Shown: piece by piece, positions 1 through 7,877 of the stretch
Layout: every line of letters starts with the position of its first letter
Position numbering within the stretch: position 1 is the first letter of the stretch
Source: Mageeibacillus sp. UBA5438
Lineage (GTDB): Bacteria > Bacillota > Clostridia > Saccharofermentanales > DTU023
DNA: 36,847 bases
Assembly (NCBI GenBank): GCA_002427535.1
Contig: DIRK01000022.1
Coordinates: forward strand, 1-36,847
Direction of reading: 5' to 3'
Notes under the pieces: model-generated
Told to the model about the DNA's origin: nothing
Seen by the model: only the letters and a program-made list of their open reading frames with translations
The model's database searches: none
Position numbers and translations under genes: made by a program

Positions 1-2
1 AA

Positions 3-896
3 TTGCACAACCTCGTGCTCGTCATGGAACCCGTTGCGGGCGCCGGTCAGCACGAATACGAAAAAGCCGCACGTTTGGCCGGCCTTCGCACGGCGGTGGC
101 TGTCGGCGAATTGGCCCGCGAACTGACACCGGACGAAACGGTGGTCTACGAGACCGCGTCCATCGCGGATGGCTTCAAAGAGCCTTTGAGCGAACTGCCG
201 CGTGTGGGTTATGTCATGATGCTCCAAAGCCAGGGGCTTCTCCACGATACCTACGTGTACGGTGTCGACGCCAAGCGCACCCTGTCGACCTTGATCAGCC
301 CGACTGAACTGATGGACGGCGCGATCATCTCCGGCAACTGCGTCTCCGCGTGCGACAAGAACACGACCTACCACCACCTGAACAATCCTGTGATCCAGGA
401 TCTTTTCAAGGCGCATGGCAAGACGCTGAACTTTGTCGGCATGATCATCACAAACGAGAACGTTTTCCTTGATGACAAGATTCGCTCCTCTGACTGGACC
501 GCGAAGATGGCCGAATACCTCGCGCTTGACGGTGCGATCGTTTCGCAGGAAGGTTTTGGCAACCCCGACACCGACCTGATCATGAACTGCACAAAACTCG
601 AGAATAAAGGCATCAAGACCGTCATCATCACGGATGAATACGCCGGATCCGACGGCAAGAGCCAGTCGTTGGCTGACGCCGACGAACTTGCTAACGCGGT
701 CGTCACAGCCGGAAACGCCAACGAGATGATCGTATTGCCGCCTATGGAGCGCGTCATCGGCACGCTCGACTATATCGACAAGATTGCCGGCGGCCACGAC
801 GGTTCGCTGCGCCCGGACGGTTCAATCGAAGCGGAGCTTCAGGTCATCATCGGATCGACCAACGAGCTGGGCTTCAATCGTATGAGTGCCAGGTAA
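3..896 (+). CDS. grdE: Glycine/sarcosine/betaine reductase component B proprotein (alpha/beta subunits), 5'-truncated by the window edge
   Basis: Open frame from the window edge to TAA 894-896. Contains GAIISGN|CVSACDKNTTYHH (GrdE autocleavage/pyruvoyl-forming Cys site), LQSQGLLHDTYVYG and EGFGNPDTDL. Lies directly upstream of grdB. The sarcosine paralog GrdG cannot be excluded. Confidence 0.9.
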   Translation: MHNLVLVMEPVAGAGQHEYEKAARLAGLRTAVAVGELARELTPDETVVYETASIADGFKEPLSELPRVGYVMMLQSQGLLHDTYVYGVDAKRTLSTLISPTELMDGAIISGNCVSACDKNTTYHHLNNPVIQDLFKAHGKTLNFVGMIITNENVFLDDKIRSSDWTAKMAEYLALDGAIVSQEGFGNPDTDLIMNCTKLENKGIKTVIITDEYAGSDGKSQSLADADELANAVVTAGNANEMIVLPPMERVIGTLDYIDKIAGGHDGSLRPDGSIEAELQVIIGSTNELGFNRMSAR

Positions 897-906
897 GGAG
901 GATAAG

Positions 907-2214
907 GTGAGCAAATTTAAAGTCGTTCATTACATTAACCAGTTCTTCGGCCAGATCGGCGGCGAAGACATGGCCGATTTCCCGGCCGAAAAGCGTGAAG
1001 GACACGTAGGGCCTGGTCTTGCGTTCGCACAGAACTTCGGCGATGAAGCCGAGATCACGGCCACCATCATCTGTGGCGACTCCTGGTTCAACGAGAATCT
1101 GGAAGAAGCCACAAAGACCGTCCTCTCCATGATTAAAGAAGAAAAACCGGATCTCTTCATCGCGGGTCCCGCGTTCAACGCCGGCCGCTACGGTGTCGCC
1201 TGCGCCACAATCGCAGACCTCGTCCAAAGAGAACTCGGCATCCCGGCTTTGACCGGCATGTACGAGGAAAACCCCGGTGCCGATATGTTCCGCGAAAAGG
1301 TTTACATCATCGCGACAGGCGACAGCGCCGCCGGCATGAGAAAAGCCGTCCCGGCCATGGCCAAACTTGCGTTGAAACTCGTAAAAGGTGAGCCCGTCGG
1401 CGCGTCCGCCGAAGACGGCTACCTGCCAAACGGCATCCGCAAGAACTTCTTTGAGAAAAAACGCGGCAGCACACGCGCTGTTGAAATGCTCATGAAGAAG
1501 CTTTCGGACAAGCCCTTTACCACGGAATACCCCATGCCTTCCTTTGACCGTGTCCCGCCCCAGCCGGCGATTAAGGACATCACCAAGGCCAACATCGCGA
1601 TTGTCACCTCCGGCGGCATCGTGCCTAAGGGTAATCCTGACCGTATCGAGAGCTCATCGGCTTCTCGTTACGGCGGCTACAACATCGAAGGTGTTGACGA
1701 TCTGACTGCCGAAACGTATGAGACCGCCCACGGTGGTTACGACCCCGTGTACGCCAACCAGGACGCGGATCGCGTGGTACCGGTTGACGTGCTGCGTCTT
1801 TACGAAAAAGAAGGTAAGATCGGCAAACTGAACGATTGGTTCTACTCAACTGTCGGAAACGGGACATCCGTTGCCAATTCGAAGCGTTTTGCGATCGAGA
1901 TCGCCGAGAAGCTTCTTTCTCAGGGTGTCGACGCCGTCATCCTGACATCCACCTGAGGAACTTGCACACGTTGCGGAGCAACAATGGTGAAAGAAATTGA
2001 AAGAGCCGGCATCCCTGTGGTGCACATGTGCACAGTCACACCGATTTCGATGACCGTGGGCGCCAACAGAATCGTCCCTGCCGTCGCGATCCCCTACCCT
2101 CTCGGGAACCCCGAACTCACGCATGAAGAAGAGTTCGAACTTCGCAAGAAGCTCATTGACAAGGCGCTCCTCGCGCTGACGACAGAAGTGGAAGATCAGA
2201 CGATCTTCGACTAA
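907..2214 (+). CDS. grdB: Glycine reductase complex selenoprotein B (435 aa, Sec350 encoded by TGA 1954-1956)
   Basis: RBS AAGGAGG (895-901), GTG 907, N-terminus KVVHYINQFF. ORFs 886..1956 and 1984..2214 share a frame, and reading through TGA gives LTST-U-GTCTRCGATMVKEIER, the UxxCxxC motif of GrdB/GrdF/GrdH. Confidence 0.93.
1954..1990 (+). promoter_or_regulatory. Sec codon and putative bacterial SECIS hairpin of grdB
   Basis: TGA 1954-1956, then stem GTTGC (1970-1974) / GCAAC (1978-1982) closing a GGA loop that begins 18 nt after the UGA. This fits the general bacterial SECIS model (G at the start of a small apical loop). Confidence 0.7.
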
Positions 2215-2227
2215 GGGAGAGTAAAAC

Positions 2228-3184
2228 ATGGAAAAAGTTTACGACCTCATCATCATCGGCGCCGGCCCCGCGGGTCTTACCGCAGGTCTTTACGCCGGCC
2301 GTTCACGCCTTAGTACTCTCTTGATCGAGCGCGGCGTTGACGGCGGACAGATCGCCATCACCGATGAAATTGAGAACTACCCCGGCGGCCTTTCAGGCCC
2401 CGATAACATTGAAAGCGGCGCGGCCCTGATCGCGCGCATGACCGCTCAGTGCGCGCACTTTGGCGTGGAACGCCTGAGCGCGGACGTCATCAAAGTTGAA
2501 CTCGAAGGCAAAGTCAAACGCGTTCACACGCGTGACGCCGTCCTCGAGGCGAAGGCTGTCATCATCGCGTCGGGCGCCCACCCGCGTCCGATCGGATGCC
2601 CCGGTGAGAAGGAGTTCATCGGCCGCGGCGTCTCGTACTGCGCGACCTGCGACGGATCCTTCTTTGAGGACCTTGAGATCTACGTGGTAGGCGGCGGCGA
2701 CACCGCGGTGGAAGAGGCGATTTATCTGACGAAATTTGCCAGAAAAGTCACTATCATCCACAGACGCGACGAGCTTCGCGCGGTACAGTCCATCCGCGAG
2801 CGCGCATTCAAAAATGAGAAGATCGAGTTCATGTGGAATTCGGTCGTCACAGAACTCCATGGCGACGGTGTCCTTTCCGGTATGACGGTCAAAGACACGA
2901 AGACAGGTGAGGAACGCCGTGTTGACGCAGACGAGGACGACGGCATGTTCGGCGTTTTCGTATTCGTCGGATTCCTGCCCAACTCCGAGCTCTTCGAGGG
3001 CGCGGTCGATATGGAATATAATTACATCGTGACCGATGAGGAAATGCGAACCAATATCCCCGGCGTGTACGCCGCGGGCGACATTCGCAAGAAACCCCTC
3101 CGTCAAGTCGTCACCGCCTGCTCCGACGGCGCCATCGCCGCCATGCAGGTTGAACACGATCTTGCGGCAGGTGTCATCGGTTGA
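2228..3184 (+). CDS. trxB: Thioredoxin-disulfide reductase
   Basis: GAGPAG FAD motif, GVSYCATCDG redox centre, VVGGGDTAVEEA NADPH motif, HRRDELRA, GVYAAGD. RBS AGGGAG. Confidence 0.96.
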   Translation: MEKVYDLIIIGAGPAGLTAGLYAGRSRLSTLLIERGVDGGQIAITDEIENYPGGLSGPDNIESGAALIARMTAQCAHFGVERLSADVIKVELEGKVKRVHTRDAVLEAKAVIIASGAHPRPIGCPGEKEFIGRGVSYCATCDGSFFEDLEIYVVGGGDTAVEEAIYLTKFARKVTIIHRRDELRAVQSIRERAFKNEKIEFMWNSVVTELHGDGVLSGMTVKDTKTGEERRVDADEDDGMFGVFVFVGFLPNSELFEGAVDMEYNYIVTDEEMRTNIPGVYAAGDIRKKPLRQVVTACSDGAIAAMQVEHDLAAGVIG

Positions 3185-3202
3185 AAGTCAGAAGGTGGAA
3201 CA

Positions 3203-3520
3203 ATGTTTGAACTCGATAAGAATAACTTCGAAACAGAGATACTGGCCTCAGAAGAGCCGGTTTTGGTCGACTTCTACGGCAACGGTTGTGTGCCCTGTGA
3301 AGCCCTGAAGCCGCATATCCTGAAACTGGAAGAAACGTATGGCGATCGCCTGCGCTTCACCGCGCTGAATACATCGGGCGCAAGACGTCTGGCCATTCAG
3401 CAACGTATTTTGGGCCTCCCGGTCGTCGCCATTTACCAGGGCGGCGAGAAAGTCGCCGAACTGATTAAAGACGACGCGACCCCTGAGGCGGTCGAAGAGA
3501 TGATCAAGCAGTATATCTGA
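3203..3520 (+). CDS. trxA: Thioredoxin, glycine-reductase-associated type
   Basis: 105 aa with PVLVDFY and active site GCVPC rather than WCGPC, the variant known from grd operons. RBS AGGTGG. Confidence 0.92.
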   Translation: MFELDKNNFETEILASEEPVLVDFYGNGCVPCEALKPHILKLEETYGDRLRFTALNTSGARRLAIQQRILGLPVVAIYQGGEKVAELIKDDATPEAVEEMIKQYI

Positions 3521-3541
3521 TCAATCCTTTGAATTTATCCT

Positions 3542-3561
3542 GGCGGGCGTTATCGCCCGCC
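3542..3561 (+). other. GC-rich stem-loop between trxA and grdA (no U-tract; possible mRNA stability/processing element)
   Basis: GGCGGGCG-ttat-CGCCCGCC, a perfect 8-bp stem. Confidence 0.6.
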
Positions 3562-3612
3562 GTCGGGTGAGTGGCCCTTAACCATTCAAAAATACGACGA
3601 AAGGAGCAGGAT

Positions 3613-4083
3613 ATGAGCATACTCGAAGGCAAAAAGGTCATCGTCATCGGTGACCGCGACGGAATTCCAGGCCCGGCGATCTCGCTTTGTGCGGAGTCGG
3701 CAGGCGCTGAGGTTATCTTCTCCGCAACGGAGTGCTTCGTCTGAACAGCCGCGGGTGCAATGGATCTGGAAAATCAAAAGCGTGTGAAGGATCTCACCGA
3801 ACAGTACGCGCCTGAGAACATCGTTGTTCTCTTAGGTGCCGCTGAAGGTGAGGCGTCCGGAATCGCAGCAGAGACGGTCACAAACGGTGACCCGACCTTT
3901 GCCGGTCCGTTGACAGGAGTCTCGTTGGGACTCAGCGTATACCACGTGTGTGAAGAGGAAGTCAAAGAAGAGTACGATCCCGAAGTCTATGATGAACAAG
4001 TGTCCATGATGGAGATGGTTCTCGACGTCGATGAGATCGCGGAAGAGATGCAGGCGATTCGCGAACAGTACAGCAAGTATTAA
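3613..4083 (+). CDS. grdA: Glycine/sarcosine/betaine reductase selenoprotein A (156 aa, Sec44 encoded by TGA 3742-3744)
   Basis: RBS AAGGAG, ATG 3613. Manual translation [23 protein letters not shown]...STECFV-like '[18 protein letters not shown]' (CxxU), in frame with track ORF 3760..4083 ([24 protein letters not shown]). Confidence 0.95.
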
Positions 4084-4101
4084 AGATTGAATCGTTTGAC
4101 G

Positions 4102-4159
4102 AGGAGATGCCCCAGGCTTCGCCGAACCCTTGTAAATAGGGCCGGCGCCGGGGCATCCT
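4102..4159 (+). other. Long imperfect stem-loop downstream of grdA (partial terminator or 3' stabiliser)
   Basis: GATGCCCC(4106-4113)/GGGGCATC(4150-4157), GCCG/CGGC and CCCT/AGGG nested stems with loop TGTAAAT. Followed only by TTATT. Confidence 0.6.
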
Positions 4160-4238
4160 TATTAAGAAGACAATCATAACGCCCGAAAAGGCGCGATCAA
4201 CATACATAATTGACTTTGAAAGGCAGGAATATCGATTC

Positions 4239-5777
4239 ATGAACAGTGTTTTAAAAGGCACGGGTTATGTGCTTGTCCACACACCCGACATGGTCATCCA
4301 CAACGGAACGACTCAGACGACAGAGCGCATCGTCAATCCCGATTCGGACTATCTTAAACAATTAAAGGCGCATCTTAGGCCCTACGAGCGCGTGCTGGCC
4401 TACTATCCCAACCAGACCTATATCGGCAATGTGACGCCTGCGGAACTGGCAAAAGTCGACGGCCCCTGGCAGGATCTTGAGAGCCCCGTAAACGACCGTT
4501 ACGGCGCCTTCGGTGAGATCATGCCCCAGGACGAGTTTTACCTTCTCGTACAAGCTGTCGATGAATTTGAACTTGTCTACCTCGACCGCGATTTCGTCGC
4601 CAAAACCAAGGAAAAACTGGCGCAGGATCCTATCGTCACAGAATTCATTCTCAAACGTATCCATGAGGGCGTCGACCAGGCGAAACTGAAACAGCTCATC
4701 GACGCCGAAGGCGCGGAAGGCCTGTACATGAATGATGTAATCGTCGGTGCGGTCCGCCGTGCGCACGACATCGACACCAACCTTTCAGCCCATGTCATGA
4801 TCGAGAACCTCGTCTCGAAAGCCTCCAGTGCCCTGGCGCTCCTATACGCCGTGAAAAACGCTGATATTAATCCGGACGACATCGAATACACGATCGACTG
4901 TTCTGAGGAAGCCTGCGGGGATATGAACCAAAGGGGCGGCGGTAACTTCGCGAAAGCCACCGCCGAGATCGCCGAACTGTCCCGTTCCACGGGCTCTGAC
5001 GTCCGCGGCTTTTGTGCCGCGCCGGCACACGCCGTCATGGTCGCCGCTTCATTAGTGAAAGCCGGCACCTTCAAGGCCGTCGCCGTCACAGCGGGCGGTT
5101 CGACCGCAAAGCTCGGCATGAACGGCAAAGACCACGTCAAAAAAGGTCTTCCCATTTTAGAGGACTGCCTGGGTGGTTTTGCAGTTGTCATCACAGAAGA
5201 CGACGGCATTAACCCCGTCGTCAACATCGACAATGTCGGCTGGCATGCTGTGGGAACAGGAAGTTCACCGCAGAACGTCATCGCCTCTTTGGTGACTGTG
5301 CCGCTTGAAAAAGCCGGATTGAAAGTCACGGATGTTGATTATTACTCGCCTGAGATGCAGAATCCGGATATCACAAAACCCGCGGGCGCGGGTGACGTGC
5401 CCTTGGCCAATATGAAGATGATCGGCGCCTTGGCCGTCAAACAGGGTGACCTTGAGCGCAGCGAACTCAACGGCTTTGTCGAAAAGCACGGTCTCCCCGG
5501 CTTTGCGCCCACACAGGGACATATCCCCTCAGGCGTGCCTTACTTGGGACACGGGAGAGAGTCTATGCTCAAAGGTGAAGTGAACCGCGTCATGATCGTC
5601 GGTAAGGGCTCACTTTTCTTGGGCCGCATGACGAACCTGTTTGACGGCGTTTCTTTCCTCGTTGAGAAAAACGACGGCCCGAAGGCGGCTGAGGCCGCGG
5701 TGTCAAGCGAAGAGATTCGCCAGATCATCGCAGAATCACTTCGTGATTTCGCACAGGGCCTCCTGGAAAGCAGGTGA
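4239..5777 (+). CDS. grdC: Glycine reductase complex component C subunit beta
   Basis: 512 aa with LVHTPDM..HNGTTQTTER, CSEEACGDMNQRGGGNFAK, KLGMNGKDHVKKG, PTQGHIPSGVP and GKGSLFLGRMTNLFDGVSF. Confidence 0.95.
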   Translation: MNSVLKGTGYVLVHTPDMVIHNGTTQTTERIVNPDSDYLKQLKAHLRPYERVLAYYPNQTYIGNVTPAELAKVDGPWQDLESPVNDRYGAFGEIMPQDEFYLLVQAVDEFELVYLDRDFVAKTKEKLAQDPIVTEFILKRIHEGVDQAKLKQLIDAEGAEGLYMNDVIVGAVRRAHDIDTNLSAHVMIENLVSKASSALALLYAVKNADINPDDIEYTIDCSEEACGDMNQRGGGNFAKATAEIAELSRSTGSDVRGFCAAPAHAVMVAASLVKAGTFKAVAVTAGGSTAKLGMNGKDHVKKGLPILEDCLGGFAVVITEDDGINPVVNIDNVGWHAVGTGSSPQNVIASLVTVPLEKAGLKVTDVDYYSPEMQNPDITKPAGAGDVPLANMKMIGALAVKQGDLERSELNGFVEKHGLPGFAPTQGHIPSGVPYLGHGRESMLKGEVNRVMIVGKGSLFLGRMTNLFDGVSFLVEKNDGPKAAEAAVSSEEIRQIIAESLRDFAQGLLESR

Positions 5778-6937
5778 TTTTAGTGGACCATATCAAACGG
5801 GACATCGCAGCTATTTTCACTGAACTGGCCGACGGACTTGAGACAGGCCAATTGGGCAAAAAAACAAAGGTGGCCGTCATCGGTCCCGGCTCAGAGCTGG
5901 GCGAGGACAATGTCATGGAAGGCTGCAAGATCGCGGCCGCCCGCGGGATTGAGGTACTGTACCTTGGAACCGCTGAGGCAGAAGGGGTCACCACCCTTTA
6001 CTGTGACTGCGCCGACGATGCCTTTGAAAAAATGGAAGAACTTTTAAAAACGGGTGAGGCGGACGCGGCGGTTGCCATGCACTACCCCTTCCCGATCGGC
6101 GTCTCCACCGTGGGACGCGTGGTCACCCCGGCGACAGGCAAAAACATCTACCTTGCGACCACGACAGGCACCACCTCCACCGACCGCGTTGAGGCCATGG
6201 TCTTGAACGCTGTTGCCGGCATCGCCACCGCGAAGGCGGACGGCATCCAAGAGCCCACCGTCGGATTGTTGAATCTTGACGGGACACGCACTGCGGAATC
6301 GATCTTAAAGAGTCTAAAAGACAACGGCTATCCGATTCGTTTTGCGACCTCCGGCCGCTCTGACGGCGGCGCCGTCATGCGCGGCAACGACATCTTGCGC
6401 GCCTCACAGGACGTGCTTGTCCTGGACTCCCTGACGGGGAATGTCGTCATCAAGATCTTGTCGGCCTTTACCTCCGGCGGCTCCTTTGAGACCGTTGGGG
6501 CAGGCTACGGCCCGGGCGTCGGCGAGAAAATGGAAGGCATCGTCATGATCGTCTCGCGCGCCTCAGGGGCACCTGTCATCGGTGAGGCCATAGTCTACGC
6601 GGCCTCGCTGTCACGAGGAGATCTGAAAGCGACTTACCAGCATGAACTCAAGCTCGCGAAAAAGGCAGGACTTGACCGCATTCTCACAGAACGCCGTGAA
6701 TCCGCTTCCGCTAAACAGATAGGAGAGGCCATCGTCCAGCCCCCAAGTGAAGTAGTCACCGAACAGATCGAGGGCATTGATGTGCTCGATTTAGAGGATG
6801 CCGTGCAGCTTTTATGGAGCAAGAATATCTACGCTGAAAGCGGTATGGGATGTACCGGACCTATCGTCCGGGTCTCCACCGCGAATCTTGCACAAGCCGC
6901 CTCCATTTTGCGTGAGGGCGGATTTGTCAGCGAGTAA
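5774..6937 (+). CDS. grdD: Glycine reductase complex component C subunit alpha (PlsX-like fold)
   Basis: MHYPFPIGVSTVGRV, SRASGAPVI and catalytic YAESGMGCTGP. GTG 5774 overlaps the grdC stop (GTGA). Alternative start GTG 5783 lies behind AGGTG. Confidence 0.95.
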   Translation: MILVDHIKRDIAAIFTELADGLETGQLGKKTKVAVIGPGSELGEDNVMEGCKIAAARGIEVLYLGTAEAEGVTTLYCDCADDAFEKMEELLKTGEADAAVAMHYPFPIGVSTVGRVVTPATGKNIYLATTTGTTSTDRVEAMVLNAVAGIATAKADGIQEPTVGLLNLDGTRTAESILKSLKDNGYPIRFATSGRSDGGAVMRGNDILRASQDVLVLDSLTGNVVIKILSAFTSGGSFETVGAGYGPGVGEKMEGIVMIVSRASGAPVIGEAIVYAASLSRGDLKATYQHELKLAKKAGLDRILTERRESASAKQIGEAIVQPPSEVVTEQIEGIDVLDLEDAVQLLWSKNIYAESGMGCTGPIVRVSTANLAQAASILREGGFVSE

Positions 6938-6950
6938 AAGGATCTTGGGC

Positions 6951-7877
6951 ATGCTGGACTTTCAACCGCTTGAACTCAAAGATATCCCGATGGCAAGGCC
7001 CTTCCTTGCAAACAACGCGCAGCGGCTTTGCGATCTTACCATCGGGGGGCTTTTCATGTGGCGTGACTGGTTCCATAATGAGTTCGTCATCGCGGCCGAT
7101 TGCCTGATCATCAGCATGCGGATCTTTGACAGTCATACCGCCTATACGGTTCCTCTCGGTGAAAACCGAGAGGAAGCGTTGCGGCTTTTAGAAGCGCATT
7201 GCCAAGAAAAGGGTGAACCCCTTGTCTTTTGCATCGTCGGTGACATGGATCTGCCGCTTTTGTCCGACCGCTATCCGGATTTCCACGCGATCGCGGAGCG
7301 CGACTACTTCGATTACCTCTACGAGGCCCAGGATCTTTTAAAACTTCGAGGCGGCAAACACCGCTCCACCCGAGGCAACATCAACCGCTTTCTTAGGAGC
7401 ACGCCCGACTGGCGCTTTGAAATGATCACCCAAGACAACATCCAAGCCGTCTGTGCCTTTGCCTGCGCCGTGGAGGCTGAAAATCCCCCTGACAACAGCA
7501 CCCTGGCGGAAGAAGCCAAAAAAATCCGCGAGGTCTTAGACCATATGCGCGACTACAATATGTTTGGCGGCGTGCTTTTTATCGGCGACGAGGTCGCGGG
7601 CTTCTCGCTTGCGGAAATTGAAAGCGACACCCTGTACGTCCATGTGGAAAAAGCCGACACACAATACCGGGGCGTCTACCAGATGCTCGTTTCCGAGTTC
7701 ATGAAAATGTTCGGTGACAGCAAAAGCATCGCCTTTATCAACCGCGAAGACGACAACGGAGACCCCGGGCTCCGCCAGTCAAAGATGACCTACGCCCCCG
7801 TGGCACTCCTGTCGAAATACACCGTCTATACCGATCAATCGAAACCTGAATGGATGGAGCGTTGTTACATGAGCTAG
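6951..7877 (+). CDS. Stand-alone DUF2156 / LPG-synthase C-terminal-like (GNAT-fold) protein
   Basis: RBS AAAGGA, ATG 6951 (the track start 6798 overlaps grdD). Motifs DYFDYLY..DL..L.G.K, HVEKAD..YRGVYQ and FINREDD.G.PGLRQSK.TY.P are typical of this family. Confidence 0.82.
   Translation: MLDFQPLELKDIPMARPFLANNAQRLCDLTIGGLFMWRDWFHNEFVIAADCLIISMRIFDSHTAYTVPLGENREEALRLLEAHCQEKGEPLVFCIVGDMDLPLLSDRYPDFHAIAERDYFDYLYEAQDLLKLRGGKHRSTRGNINRFLRSTPDWRFEMITQDNIQAVCAFACAVEAENPPDNSTLAEEAKKIREVLDHMRDYNMFGGVLFIGDEVAGFSLAEIESDTLYVHVEKADTQYRGVYQMLVSEFMKMFGDSKSIAFINREDDNGDPGLRQSKMTYAPVALLSKYTVYTDQSKPEWMERCYMS

Noticed and set aside
3518-3561. trxA TGA plus downstream hairpin as a third Sec/SECIS site
   Set aside because: Readthrough meets another TGA after three codons, the loop (TTAT) has no G, and TrxA is already full length.
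886-4083. grdB and grdA as split genes or pseudogenes (ORFs 886..1956 + 1984..2214; 3760..4083)
   Set aside because: The internal TGAs fall exactly at the conserved Sec positions (UxxCxxC, CxxU) and the frames continue intact.
4084-4238. tRNA-Sec or riboswitch between grdA and grdC
   Set aside because: Only a single long hairpin. No cloverleaf, TCA anticodon arm or recognisable glycine-riboswitch motifs.
6798-6950. Track start for the DUF2156 ORF (similarly 15560, 18148 and 22146 for other genes)
   Set aside because: These extensions overlap upstream genes, terminators or RBSs. SD-supported starts at 6951, 15593, 18160 and 22251 fit better.
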